NCBI GenBank assembly: GCA_009602725.1
Contig: WELB01000014.1
Coordinates: 655,780-708,139, forward strand
DNA length: 52,360 nt
Reading direction: 5' to 3'
From: Spirogloea muscicola
Taxonomy: Eukaryota
Shown in pieces: positions 1 through 12,500 of this stretch. The position numbers were made by a program, and so were the translations under genes. Each line of letters begins with the position of its first letter. The stretch's first letter is position 1. The notes beneath the pieces are model-generated. The model worked only from the letters and a program-made list of their open reading frames with translations, did no database searches and was not told where the DNA came from.

Positions 1-178
1 AGAGAGAGAGGGGAGGGAGGGAGGGAGGGAGGGAGGGAGGGAGGGGGGGGCGAAAGAGAGGGAGTGAGAGGGAGTGAGAGTGACTGAGAGGGAGTGAGTG
101 AGAGAGAGGGAGTGAGAGTGACTGAGAGGGAGTGAGTGAGAGAGCGAGAGAGTGTGTCGAGGGAGGGAGGGAGGAGGA
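1..178. repeat. Purine-rich simple repeat, (GA)n/(GGGA)n/(GAGT)n mix
   Basis: Directly visible: agagagagag, gagg gagg gagg and gagggagtga units. Confidence 0.95.
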
Positions 179-1288
179 AGTGAGTGCGGAGAGGTAGTGA
201 AGAACTATGAAGCACGAGATGATGAGATAGTGTGATTGTGAGAACAAGAGGTGTAGGGGGAAAGCAACATGTAGCAAGCAGATTCGAGACAAAGGGCAAA
301 GGCAGAAGAGAGAAAAAGCATGCTCATTCTTATGCTGACCACCGAAAGTTGGAGGTAGGCCTTGAAGGACGACATGTAATGTCCTTATGGCAGGAGCAAA
401 GCTTGGCCTGCACAGCAAGACTTTTAATGGCAATCTTATGAGTGTGCTCACTTGAAGTGAGACAAGGTTCAAGGTCCCCTCCCATGCCTGCTTGCCTGCA
501 AGTCTTTTGGGCTACAAAGAGAGGACGCACCTGAACGTGAGCAATGTCTTCTTGATTTACACTGCATATATGTGCTCGAGTACCCTAGTCACAGACGAGA
601 CAACCAACAGAGCGTGCTGTGCAGTCAAGCATGTCACGTATCCGCCATTGCAGACAACTCCAATCAAGAGAATGCATGCAAGAGATGTCATAGCACAGTC
701 AGCTATCACAAACATAGCTCAATTAGCTATCACAAACTTCGAAGCCAAAGAAAGCGGCTGCCGATGCCAGCCTACAAGATATATTTGATGAAGGTGGACA
801 TCTGGAGCTGGGCGGCACAAAGGCATTAATCTCTTTGAGCACTTTCAGGTCCTTGTGGCAGCTATCAGAATATCCCACAATTGGGAACGCGTAGCCACAA
901 ATGCGAGCCACAAATGTCAGTGCAACAAGTCGAAGTAGAAAGATGACTTGAAAGGAACGAACTCCCTCATCTTGTGGCCGGAGCGTCGAGGACTGCAACT
1001 AACAGTACATTTTGCTCTGTGGTGCCTGTGTCCATCCGAGCAGCCGGAAAGCAGATAAATGGATGCCGGACATTGACTGCCGCACGTAGTGTGGGACACA
1101 GTTCTGTAGGCTCCAGAAGTGGCTTGTATTTGCACGTGGTAGTCGCACACGATGCATGTGTAGGCCTGCAGACAGCGGGCGGCAAGTACAGCGCATGGAA
1201 TTATAAAACCTCGCGAGCAATGAGGCAACTCCCACAGGGCTGGCAGGACCATTGGCTTGGATGGTGGTCTGTCGCGTGAAGTCTTGTT

Positions 1289-1600
1289 GCAGCCAAGAAA
1301 AAGAGAAAGGGCTTGCCCATTGAGGGTAGGGTACTGGGAAAAGCCAGCCCGAAAAAGATTGAACAAAGTACGTTCTTGGCTTGGTTTCTTATTGCGCTTG
1401 TTTTTCTTAATGCTTCCCCTGGCCCCAAGCCAAGAAAGGACTGCAAAGGTGGTGCGACGGCTGCGAAAGGCCAGCCCAAAACAAGCAGCAGCAAGTGCTC
1501 GCCCATTGAGAATAGGGGCTGGAAAGACCAGCCCGAAAGAGAATGAACAGAATACGAGAAGGGGGCCAGGGGAAGCGCTAAGAAACAGGATGGATCTGCT
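1289..1600 (-). mobile_element. Cluster of nested 3'-tail fragments of the CRE-like retrotransposon family
   Basis: 1493-1572 (gtgctcgcccattgagaataggggctggaaagaccagcccgaaagagaatgaacag...agaagggggccagggg) is the reverse complement of 44905-44985. 1297-1372 is a second, more diverged reverse copy. About 1400-1425 (ttcttaatgcttcccctggcccc) is a forward-oriented piece. Confidence 0.85.
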
Positions 1601-2249
1601 GCGGAGCCCCGCTAGAGCAGGCAGCCAAGTAGACGCCGAGGAGATGGACACAGCGAGCAGAGAGAGGGGCGCAAGCGCGGGTTGTCGTTGAGCACTTGTC
1701 TTTCTCTCTCTCCCATTTTGGCTGTCGACGGGCGGGGCGCCGACCGACGACAGGCGGTTGAGGTCGGGGTGAGCGATCTGATGGTGTGGGGGGGGGGCAC
1801 CGACCCCGTCAGAGCAAGACGGGTGGCCCCACGAACGACCCTCCGTGGTGACGACGGCCCCCATCACATCTCCCTCTTTTATCGCTGACGGCTCCGATGA
1901 TGCGACGTCGACACCTCCCGGCAGTCCGGGGGGGGCCCCGTACGGCCGCCGACCCTGGGCGGCCCAGCACACGCCACGTGTCAAAGTACCGAGACCCCCT
2001 CCTACAGAGACCGTGGGCCGCTTACCCGACGGCGTGGCTTAGGCTGCTGCCGCAAAGCCGTCGGATGCGTCCACTATCGGACGGTCAAAGCTGCACTGGC
2101 AAGGCTGTATTCACACGCTCTCAACATACCCGACTCGGCTCGCGCTGCTGACGTGGCGAGCCACGCGTCTCTGGGCCACCTCGAAACGCAGACCTCAAGC
2201 CCTGCCCACGCCGCCGCTAGGTGCGGCCGTGGTCCTGGCTGCGGCGGCG

Positions 2250-5200
2250 ATGGCGGCGGCGCAGTCGGCCATGGACGCTCCGCGGGAGCGCGACGGATCG
2301 GCCATCGTGGCCGCGACGGAGCCCGGCGGCTCCGGGGCTGGGGGCCCGGCCACGCGGCCGCAGCCCTTTGCGCACCACGCGCCCGGCGTGGCGCGCGTCA
2401 ACAACGGCAGCTTCGGCTGCTGCCCCGCGCCCGTGCTGGCCGCGCAGGAAGCCTGGCGGCGGCGCTTCCTTGAGCAGCCCGACGGCTTCTAGTACGGGCC
2501 GCTCGAAGCGGCGCTGCTGCAGGCCCGCGAGGCGCTCGCCCCCGAGGTCAACTGCAAGTGAGCTGAGCCGCAGGGGACGCGCAACTTGAACGTGCGCCCC
2601 CCTTTTAGGCCCTCCGGGCGCGCGGCGGGATCTTGGCATTCTGCTCTTCAGGAAGTTGCATTGTGGCACCTTTTCTTAAGAGAAGCGTCTGCAGGTTCGC
2701 GTGGCTAAGTGCAATGTAGGTCCTCGACCAGAAGCATCTCAATGAGAGCAGTGCGCGACTAGGAAGGCGTTGGAAGGTCATGGGAAGGCCAGGGAACAGC
2801 GCATAGTGGTTAAGGGCAAAGGGTTAGGGTGTTGGGTTTAGGGTTAGGATGCACTCAAGGGTAGGGGTTCATGCAGCAACTTGCAAGTGGTGGGTATGAA
2901 CAAGAACGAATAGGTGCCCTAAAGCCTATACCCTAAAAGATCAAGCCTAATCTACAGCTTAACCCTAAGTCATCACCTGGTAGTCGCGTCTCTGCAGGAC
3001 ATCTGACATTCAACATCTCGATGTGGCGCCGGCCATCTTCCAGGAACATCGAGGAGCTGTCCTTGGTGGACAACGCGACCACCGCAACTGTCATCGTCGC
3101 ACAATACGTCGCCGATAGGTTCCACAGCGGAGAGTTCGCCGCTGGCGACATCATCCTTGTGCTTGACTGCACGTATGCGGCTATCAAGAATGTCATCCAG
3201 CGATACATAGGCAGGTTCGGCTCTTTGAATGACGCGACCACAGCCCTCCTTTGCTTATGGAATAAATGAAGGGATGAGCATGGCGCTCACCACATTCTTG
3301 GCAGGGCTGCTTGGACCCGCAATGCCATTAACGCCTTATGATTTGGCCACCTTTCACAAAGTTCAAAGACCATTGACAATGACGTGCTCGTGCAGTAATC
3401 CCATGTAGCATCCTGAGGTAGCCTAGCTGCACGCTTGTGACCTTGGTGACAGAGCCATGGGGCAGGTAGTGGAGGTGCGGATACCATTCCCGCTGTCGGC
3501 CGACTCGGAGGTTGTTGACGCCTTTGAGGAAGTACTGGCCAGGCTCAAGAAGATGCAACCGGCGGCCCGCATCCGCCTGGCAGGTGAGGGCCAATGCCGC
3601 TTTGTGGAGCACCAGCGTCGCCTCTCAGCATTGCCGATAGTGGATTAAGACTCACTAATGGGTTTCTCTCTGCTAGCCGGTCTTGCCCTGCCTTGGGCTG
3701 TAGCATGCGTCCGTCGAGTGTCATAGCGAGCTTTAACGTTGACAGTCAATCCCTCATTCAGTTTTCACCTTATACTCAGTCAGGTGAAGTCTCCCGCCTT
3801 GGCCAGTGCTGGACCACGTGACATCCATGCCCTCAGTGGTGCTCCCGCTGCACACACTCGTCTCTATGGTTCGGGCTGCCAGCCACGGCGTGCTGGTGCT
3901 CGTCGATGGCGCACATGCTATTGGGAACGTGGACATCGACCTCCTGGCGCTGGGCGCGGACTTCTACACCAGCAACCTCCACAAGTGGGCGTTTGCGCCG
4001 CCTGGCACTGCATTCCTGCATGCGTTGCCCGAGGTTTGCAGCTGCCGGGCTCATCATGTGTGCAAATTTATTTTCCCATGCTTCGACATTTGCTGCTGAA
4101 TGATCAGCTCACGAATCTAGCTTGCCATCAAGCTCCCTGGCAATGTCTGCTGGAGAAGTTGTGTGTCACACCCACCCTGCCAGCATTGCCGCTAACATTT
4201 GGGACCAATGGGGGTGGCAACAGCACCTTGCGGCTCTCCATCATCCAATCGTATCACACAACCTCGGCAAGGTGGGGGCTGCCCATTTGTTATGATCGAT
4301 GAGGGACCCTCTCCATGCTACATTGCTTATACTCGCACCCTCATCTTGACTCTTTCCTTGATGTATGCTGCTATGTGCTTACTGTTGGTATTGCTATTTG
4401 CTGGCTGGTCGGCCATACCTCTGCAGGGCCTGGCAAGGGAGGCTGCATGGACCGGCACCAAGGATTACAGCGCCCTCCTGGCTGTGCCTGCAGCTTTAGA
4501 GTTCTGGAAGGCTGCAGATGCTCAATATGGATCGTTGAAGTAATGTTGCACCTCCCAATCTTAATGTCAACAGCGTGCTTAGCCATCTGTGCATCAGCTT
4601 ATATAGAACATCGGTACTGGCTCAGTCGTGAAGGCATCTGCAGTGTGGAGTTAATCAATCTCGTCTTCGGATCACCTTGACGTCTAGTGACTAAGTAGGG
4701 CTCATCATTCATTCAAACATCAGAAGGTGGATGCTTTTCTCTGTCAGCTGAGATTCACCAATGACGTCGCGGGGGGTCTTGATCACCGACTCTTGGCGAC
4801 CTGAGCTGAGGTTGGAGACTTTTTGGTGCAGAGACTACAACAAGCGGCAGGTGTTGGCCAGGGCAGAGATGCTGGCAGGTCCGTTGCCTCATATGAGGAC
4901 AGCCTTCCCTTACTTGCAAATAGCCCCTTTAATTGCTGTATTTAGCTCCTAAAAAGGTGCCACCACGACATGCTAGCTTCCTGGACTCAAGCACGCCAAG
5001 CTCGTCATTAATCTGGCATTCACAGTTTCCTACTTTGAATTAAGAAGCTGTGTTCCAGGTGCCTGGGGGACAATGTTGGGCACGCCCGAGGCCATGTGTT
5101 CCTCCATGGCCATGGTCGGACTACCTTCAGCTGTACGTAGATTCCAATCTCCCACTCCCTATGCACTGGTGTAAGAGTTGCTTGACACCTTGTTTGCACA

Positions 5201-5769
5201 GCTACGGGCGTCTGGTCCAAGTCCATCGCCAATGACATGCACGTCAGCTCCTCAGCTGAAAGTGCAAACACCAGACGATGCGCATGCGCTGCACCACCGC
5301 CTGCGACATGTGTACAATGTGAGCGCCTGTCCCCGGTCATCTGTGCTCTTTTTTTTTATTTTCTGACTTGCAAGCAGTGCCAAACTCGTCACTTCAGAAA
5401 TTGATTAGCGAACCGCTATAGGCACAAGCGGCTGATCAAGAAATGTCTTTGCACTGTATCAGGTTGAGGCCCCCATTTACTTCTGTACCACGGCTCTGGA
5501 GGCTGGTAAGTACAGGTCTGCATCAAGTGCTGTCAGGTTTTCAAGCACCGCGAGCTCCAAGTGCTGTACGTGTGTCCTGAGCACAAATGTGTGATCTTAG
5601 CTGCTCCCAGACTGGTGCTGTAGGTGATCCTGTTACAGCATATGTGAGGATCTCCCACCAGATTTACAACACTGAGGGCGACTACATCCAATTGAGGGAT
5701 GCCGTCAATGACATGGTGGTAAGGTGGCAGAACATCTCCTTGCAAGCACCACTTGCCAGCAGGCCCTGA
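2250..5769 (+). CDS. LCD: L-cysteine desulfhydrase / isopenicillin N epimerase-like class V PLP aminotransferase, about 11 exons, with an in-frame TAG at 2490-2492 (possible pseudogene)
   Basis: Exons with GT-AG boundaries give HHAPGVARVNNGSFGCCP, EELSLVDNATTA, VLDHVTSMP, VDGAHA, DFYTSNLHKW (PLP lysine), HHPIVSH, WTGTKDYSA, AWGT and YVRISHQIYN. Approximate exons: 2250-2557, 3044-3214, 3453-3583, 3806-4033, and a last exon ending at 5769. Confidence 0.9.
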
Positions 5770-6550
5770 TTGTTGTCAGGCTGTCTACTTATACATTGAG
5801 CGTGGCCACAAGACAGCCTGTGAGCCTTCTAGGCTCGTCACGACCTATCTGGAATCATCTTGATCACACTCAAGTATTGTAATTAGCTTGGAACGTTAAA
5901 TGTCATGGCTGCCATTGGCATCAAGTGCCATATGGCATGCCAGGTAGTACTACTGGAAATCCGTTGTGTTTAGCAATTTGCGTCATCCATCCGTGATCCC
6001 ATCTTTGTACAGTTTACGCCAGAATAATCTGCTCCTCATGGAGCCATTTTACCGACCAACCAACAACATTGATACGCACGAGGAACATGGTCATTCAGGA
6101 GAACTCAGCTATGCTTTGAGAGAGCTTGAAGTATACCATGATGCAATGCAACTATTACTCGTAGCTTAAAATTCAAACCTCAGCGCCGACTAGAGAGATG
6201 GATATTTTGCCTTCATGTCAGTATTTAGAGAAGGGCGTCTATGCCCCGTGCATTCAGAGAGCTTCATGAAGCAAGTCCTAACCCAAATTTGGCTACTGAT
6301 TCTTCAGCATGCTTGCTTGTGAACGGAATCTGTGAGAAGTGGGCTTCAGCATTTAAGAGTCACGTAAAAGGGTGTGCAGCATCAAATCCTTGAGGATCCA
6401 GGATCCAGGGGAAGTGTATGCCAAAGAGGCTACAATGAGAGCCAGTCTGCCATGCAGACTGACTCTCATGAACTTTGAGGTGCAATGCCGATACTGACAG
6501 CACAAGGGCTGGCTACTGTGGCTTAGACATGTGGGCCTTTGCCTAGACGG

Positions 6551-9500
6551 TCAATGCGAGCCGCTGGTGGCAATCTTAAGCTCAAGTGCGTCCGTGGCTT
6601 TGCCAGCTCTACAGCCAGCACCTCTCTTGCTGACTGCCGCCAGCATGTGCAGCCGCTTGCTCAGGGCCTTGGGAGCTTTGGTCCTTGAGTCAAAACCTCG
6701 GACGCAGACATAGCCTGCACGGGTTGTATACATGGAATAACAATCAATCTGCATAAATTGGTCAGCCAATAAAAGGTTTCAAACGCTAGCCTGTATTCAT
6801 CCAGGTCAATGTGTTGCTAGAACCTGTGCAAGCTGCATGAGATTCTCCGACTATTTACCTTCAGTGAAGGCTGCCGATATCTCCTCTGACGTCAAGCCTG
6901 GTCAAAGATAGAGCCACTTCACGTGAGTGTGGGCCATGAGCAGGTCATGCTGTAGGCCAATCTCAGCGCAAACTACTGAAGAAGTACAAGAGACTGACCT
7001 CTGAAAATGCTGGTGGCTGAGGATCCAAAGTACACGAGCCTCCGTCGGAGGCGCCAGAGAAGAGCCCTCGGTACCTTGAGCGGCTCATTGCTCGTCAAGT
7101 CGTCTGCAAAGACCTGCCATGCAAGCCCGCGAATTCTTGTATCAGAGGAAGCACTGCTGTCAACTTAAAATACTATTCTACAATTTGATGCAAGTACTGC
7201 TCAATGCATCAAACCAAGAAGCGGTGCGGTGAGAGAGAAAGCCAGTACGAGAGAATGACCTCGTTGACTTGAAAATAGGTACCATTCAATGGAAAGTTCC
7301 CATGCAGAGCTGTGCGGCAAGGAATCTGCTCATCATGTACACCATTTTGGTCAGCAAATGGCTGGGGATAGAGACATGCCACACTTCGAGTGGCAAGCAT
7401 TGCACGTGTTGCCCAAGGTTGCTTCTTCTTTGACTACCCTCGGTGCAGGTAGACATAATTCAGATGGATGCTGTGCTCCATTTCTCATACTTACAAGAAT
7501 GGTGCCCAAGACTGTGGTGCTCTCGCTCACCACGCTAAAGGCTGCACGCTCACTTAGAGGCCAACAACAGGGTCTGCAAGAGCTGGCTCCTCTTAAAGAG
7601 TAGCCTCCTCCACACAGTTTGACTTCTGACTTATGGCCACTCTCATCAAAATGACTGACATGTTGCACCTCCTGAGACGCTTGCTTTGCGACTTCTGTAT
7701 ATTCTTCGACCTCAGAAATAGGCTCTTGTTGTGAGGGCGGGCCTCCTGGAGCAACCGGGCCTTCGCCTGTGCACATAGTCAAGTCTTTGCATGAGCATAG
7801 TTACCCAGTCAGCAACTTCTACCAACTGACCTGAATGTGAAGTTGGATAGCCTCATGTGCTACTACTCATGACTGCAAGAGCGGTCATTTTTGGTAGGTA
7901 TTTTGGAGTAGCAGCAGGACACTGCCTTGCCTGGTCCCCAAATGACCAGGAGGTAGGGGCTGGGATCGTCCACCTCTCGTGCTTCCATCTGAGAGTGTCC
8001 AAAGCTGAACCCATGAGCAAACACTCATTTCACGCATTTTGCGTTGAAGCAGAATAGGGAGCAGAAGAAGTACGGGCAAGATCCAACCCTACATCCTCCT
8101 CGTGTGTGTCTGACTGATGTCCTACATGAGGTTGCAACTTACTGTGGCAACAACTGGAGAGTCGTCTGGGAGCTCGTAGCTGCAAGCAAGCGTACAAAAG
8201 TAACACAACGTCAAGCTCATTGTTGCCCCTGGTATGTGTGTGGCTTCCTGTCTGCACCAGCACACTGATCTTTGATGGAGCCTGGCAGCTAGAATGCACA
8301 TGCTCGAGCACAGGCTAGCAAATTGCTTCTAGGAATGGAATTCATTGACTGCGTCTCTGCAATTTGTAAACTGGGTCATCATCGCAAACCCTAAGTTTTC
8401 GGATTGAGTGATTTCTACTGAGAGGTATGTCAAGCTCAGCGGAGCCTTACACGTGATGGATGCTCCGCAGGCGGTGCACATCCTTCAGCTTTGGCAGAGG
8501 GAAGGCCAGGTCCTCCAGGGGCACGAGCGCCAGCGACTGGGCGCCGCAGCTGACCCCTCCATGCAGCTCATTGTACAAGCTGTGAACATTGGTCTCGTGG
8601 CTTGTCGATTGACCATGCTCCATGACTCGTGGGACAGCCTGTGACAGTACCCCATCTGCTCTATCGGCCAACCCAGCCCAATTGCTGGCGCTGGAGTGGA
8701 CGTTGGCAGCAAAGCCCGTGACGGTCTCAGCTGCTGGGGGCCCAGCTTGCCCTGCTGGTACTGTGACCAAGCCCCAGCCTTCCACAACCACCTCTAGTGG
8801 CGGATCGTCGTCACCATTGCCTGCCTCCTGCCACATGTCCTCAATGTCGGCCTCATCTCCAGCATTGAAGCACGCCCTTGGCAACACGGGCTCCTCAATG
8901 ATGGGCTGCACTTGCACCAGCGCTTGCCCTTCACGAGCGCTGAACGTGTTCGCCAATAGCTGTCCAGCGCCCTGACTCGTCTCCTCTGGCATTGCAGCCA
9001 GAGTGCAATTTTCGCTTGAGGGTGGTGCCGGAAGCCTGGCCCTTGCACTGCCAAACCGAACGGCAGATCAATGTATGCATAGCCGCTGAGATCGGCATCA
9101 AGACACGGAATCTGCAATTGCAGAACCTTTCTGTGACATCATGTTGAGAGGCTAGATGGCAGCAGCAATCCTAGGGGGCTTTGCACAGTGTGATAAGTAC
9201 TGTGACCTCTGCTATTGTGATGACACTCTGCATTTACTTGGCCGCTGGAGCTTCCGGATTATTGGCAGTAGTACTCTTGTTGATTAGGCAAACCAAGCTT
9301 TAGCGTGGCTACCATTCTCGTCACAATTGTGGCACTTGTCAGTGGGAGCCCTGGCTATGTCTTAACCATGTCTTGGCCATGTCATTGGGAGCAGTCAGTC
9401 TTGTCAGTCAGTCTGTCGTGAGGCCCTCACCTTGCAATTGCGCTGCAGTAGTGTCTGCACTCACTCCTCAGTGGGCAAGCTCGGCAATTTGGGGACCTCT

Positions 9501-12500
9501 TGGTGCAAAAAATCTTGGCAGGCAGAGAGTAGTGGGTCACTTTGACTTGTAAACTTGTGAGACATCGAAGTAAGCCAGCCTCAGGGCCAATGAGTGCAGG
9601 AGATATCCAGGTCCTTGTGCTTGTCTACTCAGCACAGTCGTGGACATTTTCTAGAAAGATGTGTTTATGAGACTATACCTTTCCAAACGTTATCATCTGA
9701 TAGTGTAGCTCATACCTGCAGGAAGCATCATATTCTTGTCTTAGCATGGTCAGGCATGTCACACTTACTGCTGCAGTCAAGTCTTACAGATATAGGACAC
9801 TGACAAAGAGGCTGTGTCAGGGCCTGGCACACTAAGTAGCAGGAAACAATGGTATAAAAAACCTCTGTCCAGTCAAGGACCATGGGTGTCTCACAGCGTC
9901 CGCTGATCCAGCGTGCTTAGCCGGGGCCACAGGTATCTCTGGATGCTAGCTTGCACAGGGTACCTGCATCATCTGATGTGACTTCCTGTGAGAAAGGGGC
10001 AATGAGTCCGTGCTTTTCAGCTACATGTACTAAAGTTGTCCACCCCAAGATTTATAGACAAACAGATGCGAGGCAGCGCCCCTTTGAGCACAGTACTCTA
10101 GGATACACTATATCCTCTGTTAGCAACAACAAATCCTTTGCTGCCCTCACTGCCAGACAGTCTACTTTGCAGCACATTGTGGGCGGGCAGAGGCGTACAG
10201 CTCCAGGAGGTGCAGCTGCAGCTCCTCCGGCAGAGGCTCCAGCGGCACCCAGCCCAGGCGTGTGCAGATGCGCCCCACATTTGTGTCCACCTTCACTTGC
10301 GCCGGCACCAAGGCCTCGTTGCAAGTCAGAACGAGGCGCAATGGCAATGGCAGGACCCTGTTGGTCGCGGAAACATGAAAAGTATTCAGTAAGCTCAGCC
10401 GTATACAGGAGGCAAGTAATCCAATACTTCCTCACGTTGGTCATGACAGTGCCTAAGGACCCCTGTTGGGCCCAGGATAATGAACGTGAGAAAATGGTTA
10501 TGCTTGATACTGTATAGAATGGTTATGCCTAATATTGCATACACCAACACGTGCATTCATGTGTACTAATTAACACACTTGAGCAATGTCAAGAGCAGAG
10601 GGAAAGATAGTAGGCAGAGCTCACACTGGACCTGCTTAAGACTCTCACTCTGAGCTCTTCCATTCTGGTAGTCAGGTTACGATGGAGGTTACGATAGTTG
10701 CCCATTATGGTTAGCCCTTAGGCGTTTGAGCTCACCGGAAAGGCCAAATGGTGCAGCGTCAACAGTCGGATGCACTCGGTGCTCTTCAAGCCCAGGCCGC
10801 GTATGCTCACCAGGAAGTCTCTGCGCAGCATGCCAGTGGCCGCGAGTCAGTGGCAGTGCAGCATGCCGCCCTGACCTCAGCGCTACAAGTTCTCTAACAA
10901 GAGCAGCTCATAAGGCACGCTCTCAGCAGGCAGTGATGCAGCGACAGCATGCCTGACCTGAACCCACCACATGTGAAGATAGACTGACTGTGACTAAAGG
11001 GACGCTGTGCAGGTCAGAGTACAAAAGGCAATGGCGCACTGAGCATCCTCCGGCCGCATGAGCCGCAGCCACTCGAGGTCAATGGAGCCGTGCTCAGCGT
11101 GCAGCCGTGTGAGGAGCGCCTGTACAGCCGACTCTGTAGTGCTGCGTAAGTTTCAGGTGGAAAGTCGTAATTGGCAATTGAGAAGCTCAAACTGGCAGGC
11201 TGTAGCAACTGCTAACAATGGGGTCAAGTCCATAACTTAGACTTAGAAGCTACAAGGCATGTGCAAGTTGGTAGCAATAGGACCTTGATCCGGCCCGCAA
11301 GTGAAAACTGCATGCCGCGCTCCTTGATGGCGTCAGCAAGGTCGGCGAGGTCAGCAACCATGACCGCAGCCCAGTCCACCTTGTCGTCGGACGGTGGTGC
11401 AGGCGGGCCGGACGCAGTGGAAGTCGCCGCCGCGCGCCGGGCCGCCTCCCAGTCTCGCCGTGCACCGCGGTGCCCGCCCTCGCTGAACTCGTGCCGTGCC
11501 CGGGCCATGCCAGTCAGCTGCGGCGCTGGCATCACCAAAGCCGGCTCTCCAAGTGCCGCGGGGCTTCTAGCAGCACCAACCACCTCGGCAGCAGCGGGGG
11601 CGGCAATGGCATCAGCAGGCTGCGGTGATGGGCATTCCCGCATGTTGGCAAGCTGCGCCGCCCCAGCGACGGCCATGCCAGGAGCCTCCATCCCCAGAGG
11701 TCTGCAGGCTAACGTATCTGTGGGAAGGCCAACCGCTTCGCCAATTATATCTTCAGAAGGCCCGCACGGCCACGTTGACTGTTGGGCGTCACCGGAAGCT
11801 TTGTGGCATTCGCTATCGGTAGCGGCAGCCACAGGCACCGTCCTGCTGCTGCTGCCTCCCTCCTGCCAGCAGTCGCACATTGCAATGTTCAAGTACGGGC
11901 ACCTCAAGCTTGGCATGTCCTCACAGCTCCTGCCTTTGCCGCCTCCACCATCGCCGCGACTGCAGCATCTGTTGCCGCTGGTGTGGTGGCCAGATGGTGG
12001 AAACCTCGCCGCCAAGCTCATGAACGCCGAGCTGCAGATCACACGAGCATGCTTTATGCCACTGTGACATTTAGTGTGATCTGAGATGCTATTTGCCGAT
12101 GCCGACGGCGGGTAGCAAGGCGGCGAGGTGCGGGGCTTGTGGAAGCGCGCCTGGACAAGGTGTCATTGACGTTCTGCGTGAGGAAGGCGCCGACTACCGC
12201 GTCAACTACAGAGCCCTTCCAAGGCGAGAAGCTGCGGTCGCCTGCACATGCATCGCCAGGACGATTACCGAGCTAAGCTCTGGCGTCCTCAGTCCAAGTC
12301 CATGACTTAGACCGCCCATACGTAATAACGATTCATGGTACAAGTTGGCAACTCTTACTGGTGAATGGCATGGTCTGCTTGTTATATGAAATACCCTGAT
12401 ACTTAAACAACAATGGCAAATATGTTGTCTTCATTAAATACATGGGCCACATGGGCAGGGCATTACCCTGGACAATGTGCATGCAGGCTATGAAGCGGCG

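Noticed and set aside
330..1170. Exon-like pieces on the minus strand and a VGYSDS motif resembling copia RNase H
   Set aside because: No consistent protein or TE domain order could be reconstructed.
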